This document shows, one piece after another, positions 1 to 9,115 of a stretch of DNA of 48,567 nt. Source of the DNA: Candidatus Heimdallarchaeota archaeon (lineage in GTDB: Archaea; Asgardarchaeota; Heimdallarchaeia; Hodarchaeales; Hodarchaeaceae). Numbering within the stretch: the stretch's first letter is position 1; each line of letters opens with the position of its first letter. The notes below the pieces were generated by a model. That model was not told where the DNA came from. It did no database searches and was given only the letters and a program-made list of their open reading frames with translations. The position numbers and the translations under genes are program-made. Location: assembly GCA_019057635.1 (NCBI GenBank), contig DXJL01000099.1, positions 1 to 48,567 of the forward strand, in the 5' to 3' direction.

Positions 1-98
1 GCTAGTGCCTTCCGTAAATCAAAGAAGAGTTGCTCTTGCATGAACTTCACCTGTTTCAATACTTCTTGTGACACTTTATGAGAGAATAGAATAGTCAA
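1..98 (-). CDS. 5' part of a hypothetical protein running off the left edge
   Basis: Open frame from TTG at 98: MTILFSHKVSQEVLKQVKFMQEQLFFDLRKAL; same strand as the upstream gene. Confidence 0.35.
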   Translation of the reverse strand, partial: MTILFSHKVSQEVLKQVKFMQEQLFFDLRKAL

Positions 99-170
99 TG
101 ATGATAATATACTACTCAAATAATTTTGTCCCCCCACAATAAAACAAAATTGAATAAGGTAAAGAAGTTA

Positions 171-1103
171 TCAGCTGGATTTCAATAAATTAGATAATAT
201 ACGGCAACTTGGACAAAGAGAATGATGTGAGATCATCTGACATCGCGTACAGTGGTAAGTATTCTGGGGAAAAGAGGTTTTTCTCTCAGAATCATTCTTT
301 GTTTTTAGGATATTAAAAAGGAATGATCCTTGTGGATCACGATCTTTCAATGTCGAGATAAAAGCTGTAATTTCCGACCGTAAAGATCTCTGTGCATAGG
401 GACAAGTTTGTGAAATTATAGGAATATTCTTAATCCGAATATAGATACGTATTAAGTCTTCTGATATTCGGGCTAAAGGTTTGATACGTTGAGGCAATCT
501 TTGAATATTAGAATTATTGGAATATGAGTTTTGGGTTGGAGAGAGAGTTGGAAACCCTCGAATAATGTTCAGGATGATGGTACTAGCTTCATCCTCTAAT
601 GTCGTTCCAAGAGCTATGAAATCAACACCCGCTTGTAAACCCATTTGAAAAAGTGCCTGTTTACGAAATATTCCACAAATGCTACACGGTGTAAAACCAA
701 GTTTTTTGCTATCATTTATAGTGACAAGATGAGGTAGAGTATGGCCAAATAACTCTGAATATTTGATAATGTTAATAGACAAATCTGGATAGTGTTTATG
801 TAAGTATTGGATTATTTTCTGTCTTTCTTGCTGAATATCTGGTATTTCCTCCTCAAGAACTAGTGCAATTAAAGAAGGAAGTTTAAGCTCGTTTTGATAT
901 GAATATAGAACATTAAGTAACACTAAGCTATCTTTTCCTCCTGATACTGCGACAGCAATATGCTGTCCCCTAACTCTACGTGGCACTCCCCGCAGAATTT
1001 TTTTTTCTAGGTAAGCTGAAAAACAAGAAGAGCAATAATCGAGAGAATATGGATTGAATGGATCTTTATATTCTCCTAAAGCTCCACAATTACATACAGT
1101 CAT
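171..1103 (-). CDS. TtcA/TtuA/Ncs6(CTU1)-family tRNA 2-thiolation protein (PP-loop ATPase)
   Basis: SGGKDS PP-loop, CSIC, RIKPL, CPY, N- and C-terminal Cys zinc-finger motifs. Confidence 0.85.
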   Translation of the reverse strand: MTVCNCGALGEYKDPFNPYSLDYCSSCFSAYLEKKILRGVPRRVRGQHIAVAVSGGKDSLVLLNVLYSYQNELKLPSLIALVLEEEIPDIQQERQKIIQYLHKHYPDLSINIIKYSELFGHTLPHLVTINDSKKLGFTPCSICGIFRKQALFQMGLQAGVDFIALGTTLEDEASTIILNIIRGFPTLSPTQNSYSNNSNIQRLPQRIKPLARISEDLIRIYIRIKNIPIISQTCPYAQRSLRSEITAFISTLKDRDPQGSFLFNILKTKNDSERKTSFPQNTYHCTRCQMISHHSLCPSCRILSNLLKSS

Positions 1104-1351
1104 TTGAATTCATCTATATGATCAGTTTGCCAGTACTCATCATCTCCAAACAGTAAACTGTTTAGTTCAGCCGGTAAAACCGTCATCATAGCAAGTCATT
1201 TCTGTTTTTGGATACCTTTAACAACTTTTCCAATGAGGGGGAATTTAAGAAATAATGATAGAGATGGTTAAAGCGGAACACTTAATTGGAAGTGAAGTAA
1301 GTACCGACCCCTAAACATCCTCTGGACTTAACACAGAAGCCAGTAATTGGG

Positions 1352-2119
1352 ATGATACATCTCCCTTCATTTGAAGGTCATGTATCCCCAGAATTTAATT
1401 TAGATGAAGCATTCAGAATAAGTATAGCCGATGCTCTAACTTTAAAGCAAGCAGGATTTGACGCGTTACTCATAGAAAATTTTCATGATTCTCCCTTTCC
1501 CAAGACACGAATTTCTGACGCCAAATTTTTGTTAATGAGTAAGATAGTGAACAAAATCATAGATTCAGTTCCTACAATTGCTGTTGGAGTGAACATTCTG
1601 AGAAATGCGTGTTTACAAGCCATAACAATGGCCACGATTAATTACGCGAGTTTTATCCGCTGTAATATATGGGAAGGTGCGTATGTTACAGATCAAGGAA
1701 TAATTGAGGGCGTTGCTTCACAAGTTATTCAAGAAAAACAGGTGCTCCAATCTAAAGTTTTGATACTTGCTGATATTGGAGTAAAACATGCCACACCTCT
1801 TGGACAATTTACTTTGGATGAAGCAGCAAAAAATGCGCTAAATCGTGGTGGAGCAGACGCAATAATATTATCGGGGAGAGAAACAGGTGCGTTACTCCCA
1901 TTAGATACGTTAACCCATTTTGTCTCTAGAACCAAACACAAACCGATATTGGGAAGCGGCGTGACTGTTGATAATGTAAGTACTATTTTTCCTCTTATTT
2001 CAGGAGTGATCATTGGAAGTTCATTAAAGTACGAGCCCACTAATTTGCATTCACCTATTGATTTAGAAAAAGCGTCTGCATTTATGGCTGTATGGAACTC
2101 TTTAAGAGAAAAACAATAA
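1352..2119 (+). CDS. BtpA/SgcQ family TIM-barrel protein (true start probably upstream of 1352)
   Basis: MIHL, IENFHDSPF, GVNILRN, ADIGVKHA, GSGV motifs; conserved KPVIG is in frame just upstream of the listed ATG. Confidence 0.9.
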   Translation: MIHLPSFEGHVSPEFNLDEAFRISIADALTLKQAGFDALLIENFHDSPFPKTRISDAKFLLMSKIVNKIIDSVPTIAVGVNILRNACLQAITMATINYASFIRCNIWEGAYVTDQGIIEGVASQVIQEKQVLQSKVLILADIGVKHATPLGQFTLDEAAKNALNRGGADAIILSGRETGALLPLDTLTHFVSRTKHKPILGSGVTVDNVSTIFPLISGVIIGSSLKYEPTNLHSPIDLEKASAFMAVWNSLREKQ

Positions 2120-2134
2120 AGAGAGCAGGAAATA

Positions 2135-2563
2135 ATGATTCAGAAACTTTCTCTAGCAAGATATGCTGATGTACTAGAATTATGGGAGGAAGTGGGGTTA
2201 AAACCGCGGGTAGAAGGACGGGATCATCCAGATCAGATGAAAGATCAAATGGAATCAGCCAATGTAGTGTTATTGGGGAAATTAATAAGTGAAAAGTTAG
2301 TAGGAGTAGTATTGGTTTCACATGACAATAGAAAGGGGTGGATAAATCGATTAACAGTACATCCAGATTACCAGAATCAGGGTATCGGTAAAGAACTTCT
2401 ACTAGCGGCAGAAGAATATTTATTTGATGAGGAAGGGATTGAGGTTTACAGTGCGTTAATTTTTGATGATAATTTGGTGAGTAAACAGTGTTTTATTGGT
2501 GCAGGATACAAACAATGGGAAAAAGTATGTTATTTCTCAAAAAGAATGAGTTTAGATTCGTAA
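2135..2563 (+). CDS. GNAT family N-acetyltransferase
   Basis: GWINRLTVHPDYQNQGIGKELL acetyl-CoA binding motif. Confidence 0.9.
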   Translation: MIQKLSLARYADVLELWEEVGLKPRVEGRDHPDQMKDQMESANVVLLGKLISEKLVGVVLVSHDNRKGWINRLTVHPDYQNQGIGKELLLAAEEYLFDEEGIEVYSALIFDDNLVSKQCFIGAGYKQWEKVCYFSKRMSLDS

Positions 2564-2604
2564 TTGCACAAACATTTCAGCAACAGGCCAAATTTCCCTT
2601 AGAT

Positions 2605-2657
2605 TGTCTAGAATGTATAAGTTATCCCCAACTCTTGTCGATACAAATCAAGTCATG
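2605..2657 (+). repeat. Degenerate copy of the right end of the TnpB element
   Basis: TGTCTAGAAT-(20 nt)-TTGTCGATACAAATCAAGTCATG resembles TGTCCAGAAC-(12 nt)-GTTGTCTGACAAATTTAGTCATG at 29497-29541; both are followed by AAGG. Confidence 0.55.
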
Positions 2658-2754
2658 AAGGTTCTGCTGCTCATTTACTTTAATCAAGATTGATTTCCTA
2701 ACTAAAAAATCATACTTAAAGTCAAATCTTTTCTGCAAGAATAGGAGAATTACG

Positions 2755-3258
2755 ATGATTAATCTTGATGAATTCGTGAGTTTTATTGAAGATAATTTCG
2801 ACTTAGTGTCTGGGGTACCCTGTTCCTATTTCAAGGAGTTCTTATCCTATATACCAAGTCAAGAAGATAAATCACCAATAAAACACCTTTCTGCGACGCG
2901 AGAAGATGAAGCTATAGCTATTGCCATAGGAGCAGCTCTTTCAAAGAAACGGGCTTTGGTCTATATGCAAAATAGTGGCTTGGGGAATATAGGGGATGCA
3001 TTGACATCGCTAGTCCAATTATATAAACTACCTATACTTATTTTAGTGAGCTACAGGGGTTTAAAAGAGGATAATGACTTTCCTGAACATTCAATAATGG
3101 GAAAGATAAATAATTCCTTCTTAGGATCTTTAAATCTACTTTATTGGGATTTAAATGAAAAAGATTGGGAAGTGAGTATGCAAAAAGCGATAACAGTCAT
3201 GGATGAGCAATCCTCACCAGTAGTCTTAATGGTGAAGAAGGGAGTGTTGAGTCAATGA
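2755..3258 (+). CDS. Sulfopyruvate/phosphonopyruvate decarboxylase alpha subunit (ComD-like, TPP Pyr domain)
   Basis: GVPCS, TREDEA, YMQNSGLGN, SYRG, PEH motifs. Confidence 0.85.
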   Translation: MINLDEFVSFIEDNFDLVSGVPCSYFKEFLSYIPSQEDKSPIKHLSATREDEAIAIAIGAALSKKRALVYMQNSGLGNIGDALTSLVQLYKLPILILVSYRGLKEDNDFPEHSIMGKINNSFLGSLNLLYWDLNEKDWEVSMQKAITVMDEQSSPVVLMVKKGVLSQ

Positions 3259-3812
3259 AAGGTTATGAAGTAATCTCATCTCTGCAGGATCACATAGGTG
3301 AGAACGATTTAATCGTTAGTTCCAACGGGAATATTAGTAGGGAGGTGTATCATTATTTAGCTAAGCCTCAAGTGTATCTTAGGGGATCGATGGGGTTGCC
3401 TATCGGTGTAGGACTAGGTTTGGCAGTAATGAATCCTGAAAAACGAGTAACTGTCATTACTGGTGATGGTAACTTATTGATGGGCTTCGGTTCAGTAATA
3501 ACGGCTGCTTACTATAAACCTCATAACCTGAAAATACTTATTTTGGATAACTCGCAATATTTTACTACAGGCGGACAACAAACCGTATCTTCTGCCATTA
3601 ATTTCTCCAAATTTCTTGAGTCTTTGAATATTGATTATTTTCAATCTCTAAAAGCGTCTCAGAGCATTTTAGATGATAATTTAGAAAACTTTCTAACAAC
3701 CCAAGGACTAAACATCTTACATCTCATTATTGAAGAAGGTAAAAGAGAGTTAGCGAATATTCCATGGCATCCGATAAAGATTGCAGAAAATTTTCTGCAA
3801 CGATTCGATTGA
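3255..3812 (+). CDS. Sulfopyruvate/phosphonopyruvate decarboxylase beta subunit (ComE-like, TPP PP domain)
   Basis: GSMG, GDG...DN TPP-binding motif, TGGQ; ATGA overlap with the alpha subunit. Confidence 0.85.
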   Translation: MKGYEVISSLQDHIGENDLIVSSNGNISREVYHYLAKPQVYLRGSMGLPIGVGLGLAVMNPEKRVTVITGDGNLLMGFGSVITAAYYKPHNLKILILDNSQYFTTGGQQTVSSAINFSKFLESLNIDYFQSLKASQSILDDNLENFLTTQGLNILHLIIEEGKRELANIPWHPIKIAENFLQRFD

Positions 3813-3881
3813 AGAAAGGATGAGATATATCAGAGGAAAAATGGCAATAAAATTCTGAGAATTAAGAAAAGAGGGGGAGAA

Positions 3882-3971
3882 TTATCTCTCATGTTTCTTC
3901 TGGAAGATGAGTGGTAGGAGTACTAATGGAACTGGGAAGAGTTCAAATCCAGTGGGCCTGATACTTATCAT
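3882..3971 (-). pseudogene. Orphan C-terminal sorting-signal peptide (PGF/Heimdall-CTERM-like), probable gene remnant
   Basis: MISIRPTGFELFPVPLVLLPLIFQKKHER*: xGF motif, hydrophobic stretch, basic tail. Confidence 0.45.
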
Positions 3972-4168
3972 TTGTGCGGAATGAGAGTATGAAATTTAAT
4001 CCCAAATCTATTTAAAAGAAAAAATTAACAATTGTTAATCAGATACAATCGTATCTACCCATAATTCAACCCATTCTAAAGAGAGAAGGAGAGATTTAAA
4101 ATCTCCTTCTTTCTATCTCCATAAATCTCTCTTTTACTGATAATTTACTGTCAATTTAAACGCATTTA

Positions 4169-4896
4169 TCATTTGAATTGTGAAATTGGTGTGGATTTCT
4201 GCTGATAATCTACAGAGGTTTTTTTTATTATTGATTCAGATGGAAACAAAAAGTAAAGATCTCCTTCGTGATACCCTAGTAGAGCTAACTTTACTATAAG
4301 AATCTCTCTCTCTATAACTGAATTTATCGGATACACGATAAAATTTAACTTTTTGGCATCACGATGGGATGAGTCACACATCTCCTATCTGGCAGGATAG
4401 AATAAATAGAGCGTGAACTGACCGATGGGACTACCTTTATGTCAGCAGATAAACGCTGAAGAATCAAACCATTTTTCATCAAGAATAGAGATAGAGAATG
4501 TAGTTTAAGATCTGATTCAGAATGAGAGGGTTTGAGTAGAGATACCTGTAGCGAAATTCCCCTCTCATAATCATAAAATGTTGTGATGAACTTCGCTTCA
4601 AGTCTGGTATCGTCTTTAATTAAATTATTAAATACATAACAAGTTATAAGCTGTTTACCAACTCCAATAGAGTCATTAACGTCCTCTATTCCTAAGTGTT
4701 CTTCCAAAATTGAAGAAGGGATGCAGGTTACAAGTTAGTCATCCCCTACTAAGTTAATTGCCGGGATAACATCAGTAAGAAGAAAATCCCCTCGTGTGCT
4801 TGAAAATGTAAAGGATTTATTCTGTTATTTCCCAGTAATTGAAAAATTAAGCAAGGAAGAACTAAGATTTTTTAGTATGCCTTCAATATTCTGCAT
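4169..4896 (-). pseudogene. Degraded hypothetical gene (two in-frame TAA, embedded TnpB-end remnant, frame change)
   Basis: GGTGA RBS and ATG at 4896 in frame with ORF 4345-4707 across two TAA codons; ORF 4169-4381 continues in another frame. Confidence 0.5.
4334..4464 (-). mobile_element. Old remnant of the TnpB 3' end / omegaRNA scaffold
   Basis: 4367-4396 matches 29467-29496 at 25/30 (inverted); ILQRLSADIKVVPSVSSRSIYSILPDRRCVTHP aligns ungapped to the TnpB tail ILQWYINSCQVIPTVSLPSVVAHLPDSGCVTRP; terminal-repeat-like AAATTTTATCGTG at 4334-4346. Confidence 0.75.
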
Positions 4897-5058
4897 AATC
4901 GTTCTCTCACCGTCATAAATAACAAGAATGTTTATTTTGAGGAATAATCTTTATGGTATGATTAATTAAATGTTATGTCAAAACTAAGTTCTAAAGTGGT
5001 TCCAGTTAAATTTATACGTATAATTACCAATCATTGCATTTCCAGTAGGTAAAAAATC

Positions 5059-5715
5059 ATGAGGAAAATAGAAATCGTGGACGATGTGGGGGATGAATTT
5101 TCTGTTATGAATATTTGCATTCCTTTCTATATTCGATGCAAATTAAATGATGGATTAACTAAATATCGTGTAAAGATCTTGGATGAATCAGATCACCTAC
5201 GTGGATTTTATACTGGGGCTTCCAAACGTGATTTTCTGGAATTACACGTACCAGTTATTCCTCTACAAAATTATGGGAAGTTGTTCATTCACATCGAATT
5301 AGGAGGTGAGAATCTGGACGATAAGGTCACTCATGAAACTTCAATAGAATATGTGGATCAGGAGACTTATGAGTCTGTTACTGGCGAAATCAGGGAGGAA
5401 TCATCCTCAGAGGAACACCCCCCAAAAACGATTGTTCAGGATACATCACATCAGCTTTCCTATCAAGAAGTAAAATACCTCACCCTTGGTGAAGAAGATA
5501 AGACTATTGATGATCAACAAGATGTCCATTCAGTATCATCTACTCTGCCTTCATTTGAGACGTTAAGTGAATCTGATGATCAATCACCAGAATTATCATC
5601 TGATGAACTTAATTATCTGGCTCAAAGAACTGAAATTCTTCAGGAGGAGCTTTTACTGCCTTCTGATGAGAGAATAAAAGAGGTATCTGATATTCGTGGA
5701 GATCAAGAAGAATAA
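5059..5715 (+). CDS. Hypothetical protein, beta-rich N-terminal domain plus acidic low-complexity tail
   Basis: 218 aa ORF with upstream AGGT; C-terminal half rich in E/D/S. Confidence 0.75.
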   Translation: MRKIEIVDDVGDEFSVMNICIPFYIRCKLNDGLTKYRVKILDESDHLRGFYTGASKRDFLELHVPVIPLQNYGKLFIHIELGGENLDDKVTHETSIEYVDQETYESVTGEIREESSSEEHPPKTIVQDTSHQLSYQEVKYLTLGEEDKTIDDQQDVHSVSSTLPSFETLSESDDQSPELSSDELNYLAQRTEILQEELLLPSDERIKEVSDIRGDQEE

Positions 5716-5786
5716 GTTAGATTATTTCACCTATCATTCTATTTAAGCAAATTTTCAGACTCACGGCAGTACAATGGTTTGTAACA

Positions 5787-6710
5787 ATGTCATTTGAGAG
5801 TAATGCAGTCGTTTTGCTAATCATGCTCCTTTACGGGGTCATTTCAGGAGGATCCGCAATTATCATGAAAATCGGCATCTTCCAATCAGGTGGAATTAAA
5901 ATTAATGATTTCTTTCGAGATGTTCTTCCAGCAGCTTGGAACTTATTATCAACGCCTATGTGGTTCATCGGTGGGATAGCTGCTTTAACAGGCTTTATTA
6001 TTTATACTGTTGCTTTAAATATCTACGATGTATCAATTATTAAACCTCTAGTCAATACAAATTTGCTATTTACCTTCATTTTTGCGGCTGTTGTTTTCAA
6101 AGAGCGTTTATCGATTATCGAGTGGGTAGGGGTCGGAATATTAATTGTAGGAATATTTTTATTTGCTTTAACTCCAAAAATCGAATCTAATAATGAAATG
6201 AATGAACCTCTTCTACTTCTTTTTCTTCCTGTAACACTAGGATTAATGGTAGCAATGATCGTAATCTTATTTATTGTAAAAAAGGGAGGCTCTTCAGAAT
6301 TGATTCTTCCTATTTTTGCTGGCGCCTTTTTTGGAATCGGAACATTCTTTACAAAAAGCTTACTAATCGGTCTAAATGGAGAAATTCAAACGACTCTTCC
6401 AAGGAATGGCATAATCCTTTATTCATTTTGCATGCTCATTATCACTTATGGTTTTGCGACAATTGCACAGCAATTAGCATTTGAACGTGGGCGCTTATCG
6501 ATTGTATCACCGATTACGAATGCTTTATCGGTAACAATAGCATTTATTGGGGCTTATTTTATATTCTATGAGGATTTGATATATGAGGTGACAGGAGCAC
6601 TTACCCTGCAATCATTCTATAAGATCTTTGGATTGTTCGGTATCCTTACTGCGTTATTTATCCTCAGGCGTGAGATTGACCCTTTGAAAAACTTGTCTAA
6701 CACTCCTTAG
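5787..6710 (+). CDS. DMT/EamA superfamily transporter
   Basis: About 9-10 TM segments, duplicated SIIxP/SIVSP motif, FKERLS..EWVG. Confidence 0.8.
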   Translation: MSFESNAVVLLIMLLYGVISGGSAIIMKIGIFQSGGIKINDFFRDVLPAAWNLLSTPMWFIGGIAALTGFIIYTVALNIYDVSIIKPLVNTNLLFTFIFAAVVFKERLSIIEWVGVGILIVGIFLFALTPKIESNNEMNEPLLLLFLPVTLGLMVAMIVILFIVKKGGSSELILPIFAGAFFGIGTFFTKSLLIGLNGEIQTTLPRNGIILYSFCMLIITYGFATIAQQLAFERGRLSIVSPITNALSVTIAFIGAYFIFYEDLIYEVTGALTLQSFYKIFGLFGILTALFILRREIDPLKNLSNTP

Positions 6711-6863
6711 TGATATTGGAATATTAGAATATAATTATATGCGGTATCATGATTGGGAGGTAAGATTTCTCTGATTTATTAGCTTCTTAATTGATGTATT
6801 CTTCCGCGATCTGATGCGTTATAAATTCAACTATGCACATATTTCGTGAAGTAGTGTAATAAA

Positions 6864-7988
6864 TTGACTCAATTCTGCAGTAATTGTAGGTCTCGAGCCT
6901 CACTGGGTTCTGTTTTTTGTGAACAATGTGGATCAAAACTTCCTTCTGTCAGTTCTTCCTCCGTAAAAAGTTATTCACTAGGTAGACAACAGACACAGAG
7001 AAGAATGGATTCCCCTCCTCAATTTTATTCTTCCTCTCAGAAGCACTTTTCATCACGTAAGCCAATTTTTTTCGGATTTATTGCAGTTTTCCTCATTGTT
7101 GCACTTTCAGGAGCTTTACTACTCGCTTTAATTGCAAATGATGCTTCATATGAACACTTAGGAAGTACTCATGATGTTTTTGATCGTAGTAGTTACCAAG
7201 ATATGGCTGAAGTGGAATTCATAATTGATAATAATGTAGGTACTGTATCAATAGATTTCTTGGAAAACGATTCAGATGAGCTTGTTATTATTGAATTAGA
7301 AGTATATGGATCCTCGGGAAGTTCTTTAGAGGATTCAAACATGTTTGAAGTACAAGAGCTTGGAAATCGAACATTGTTCATGTTTAACTCTTGGAATCCT
7401 TATACTAGTGACAATTTCAATTATGACATTATAATTTATGTATCTAAGTTGTTACATGCATCATTTGACGTGCAGGTAATAACTGGGGGAATTATGTTTT
7501 TCTCTGAAGGACCCAACACCATTGAGGAAATATCTCTGGAGACAACAACCGGAAGTATTAATGCTAATTTTCTAAATACTTATTTTCCCCTTGAAAATAC
7601 CGTTAACAAGTTGAAAACTGTGACGGGAAGTATTGATACTCAATTTGTAAATATTGTTTGTGAGGGAGATTTATATTGGAATATTGACACTGTTTCTGGA
7701 AGAATTTATACAGAAATCTATCAGGTTGACCTTCCTGAAGGGAATGTGACCTATCACTTGGATCTTGTTGCCGTTACAGGCGAAATCAATTATCACTTCG
7801 ATTTTAATAATTCAGCAAGAATTGGGTATTATCTCGACTCAAAAATTGTTACGGGTCAAACAATACTTTCAGGGTTTTCAACTTCAATAGATATACCATA
7901 TTTCAGTCCAAATTTTGACATAGCAACATTAAATATTGTATCTATATTTGAAACGACAACAGGCTCCATTAGAATAGTTATAGGTTAA
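6864..7988 (+). CDS. Zinc-ribbon membrane protein with extracellular DUF4097-like beta-repeat domain
   Basis: CSNC..FCEQCG, one TM helix, repeated (T/V)TG(S/E)I motifs. Confidence 0.75.
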   Translation: MTQFCSNCRSRASLGSVFCEQCGSKLPSVSSSSVKSYSLGRQQTQRRMDSPPQFYSSSQKHFSSRKPIFFGFIAVFLIVALSGALLLALIANDASYEHLGSTHDVFDRSSYQDMAEVEFIIDNNVGTVSIDFLENDSDELVIIELEVYGSSGSSLEDSNMFEVQELGNRTLFMFNSWNPYTSDNFNYDIIIYVSKLLHASFDVQVITGGIMFFSEGPNTIEEISLETTTGSINANFLNTYFPLENTVNKLKTVTGSIDTQFVNIVCEGDLYWNIDTVSGRIYTEIYQVDLPEGNVTYHLDLVAVTGEINYHFDFNNSARIGYYLDSKIVTGQTILSGFSTSIDIPYFSPNFDIATLNIVSIFETTTGSIRIVIG

Positions 7989-8169
7989 ATAATAGTTTCC
8001 GTATGAAATTTAGTTTCGAATAGTAAGACTATCATAACCGCCAATTGCAATGCTTGATACCCAAGCTTAATCTGAGAATGAAAATCCCAGTAGAATTTCC
8101 CAAGATTCCTGAAGGAGGGAAATGGAGAGGTAAGATAATTAAAAATAAACATTCCGTTTATTTATTGAA

Positions 8170-9072
8170 GTGATATACTTGACAGTCTTACAAGATCCCC
8201 TTAACGAGATAATAGGAAAAGTACAATTATTTTTTGTTGATTCCATTCCATTTTTACAGGGTTTGGCATTTAATGTGATGATATTCATTGTTTTCTGGCT
8301 TCTTTGGGGCTTTTTATTGAACAAAATTCAATCACAACTGACTCCAACTCAACATAATGCATTACGCACTTTAGGCAGGGCCACAATTTTATTATTAGGG
8401 TTGTTGTGGTTAGGTGGAGAAAACTTATTTATAGGAGCGGCTGCATTACTCGGTACTGCAATTGGTTTTGCGTCTTCTTCGACGATAGGCAATTTCATCA
8501 GTGGATTGTACTTATTGGTAACTAATCCGTTTAGCGTGGGGGATTATGTCATCCTTCCTAATCTCAAAGTAGAGGGAATTGTAGAAGAAATTTCTATTAA
8601 TTATACAACTATTCTTACTCCTGAAGGCGTTCATGTATTGGTTACTAATCAAAAACTATTAGGAACTATTATTAAAAACACTGAGATAACAATCCCATCT
8701 GAGTCAATGGATAAGGGTACAATTACTTGGAGGGATCATGATGGTGATAAGTTTGATAGTGTGGACGATGTTGTCGATATTCTTAAAGGAGTAAGAACAA
8801 AATTCGCCAATCAAAAAGACCAAAAGTACTATCTATATCCACTGGAAGTAAACGTAAGTGCAGACAAATACGCCTATTCTCATGTGAAAAAGGCGTTAGA
8901 TACCGCAAGTAATGAATTCAGTTCCCGTACAGTAACAGAAATCAGCTGGTTCATGAAATCCAGATCGATTTTTCAATTAAATTTAATTGTAGCTAATCCT
9001 TACGTGATATTCGACCTGAAAAGTGATATCCTCGGGTTCTTTGAAGAAAAAATTGATGAGGCTAGTACCTAA
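8170..9072 (+). CDS. Small-conductance mechanosensitive channel (MscS family)
   Basis: AIGFA..IGNFISGLYLL..PFSVGDYV...GIVEEI..NYT signature. Confidence 0.9.
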   Translation: MIYLTVLQDPLNEIIGKVQLFFVDSIPFLQGLAFNVMIFIVFWLLWGFLLNKIQSQLTPTQHNALRTLGRATILLLGLLWLGGENLFIGAAALLGTAIGFASSSTIGNFISGLYLLVTNPFSVGDYVILPNLKVEGIVEEISINYTTILTPEGVHVLVTNQKLLGTIIKNTEITIPSESMDKGTITWRDHDGDKFDSVDDVVDILKGVRTKFANQKDQKYYLYPLEVNVSADKYAYSHVKKALDTASNEFSSRTVTEISWFMKSRSIFQLNLIVANPYVIFDLKSDILGFFEEKIDEAST

Positions 9073-9115
9073 CTTCTTGGTTGAAATTATCTAACCTTAG
9101 AGGTGCAAATCCTTA

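Noticed and set aside
4084-4110. Imperfect hairpin AGAAGGAGAGATTT/AAATCTCCTTCT, and palindrome GCTTAAAA-N7-TTTTAAGC at 16512-16534
   Set aside because: Single low-complexity occurrences; they could be a terminator and an operator but have no further support.
4990-5050. ORB-like TTCCAGT words (also at ~14186) suggesting a replication origin near oapABC
   Set aside because: Only 7-8 nt partial matches, no G-string and no cdc6/orc1 in the window.
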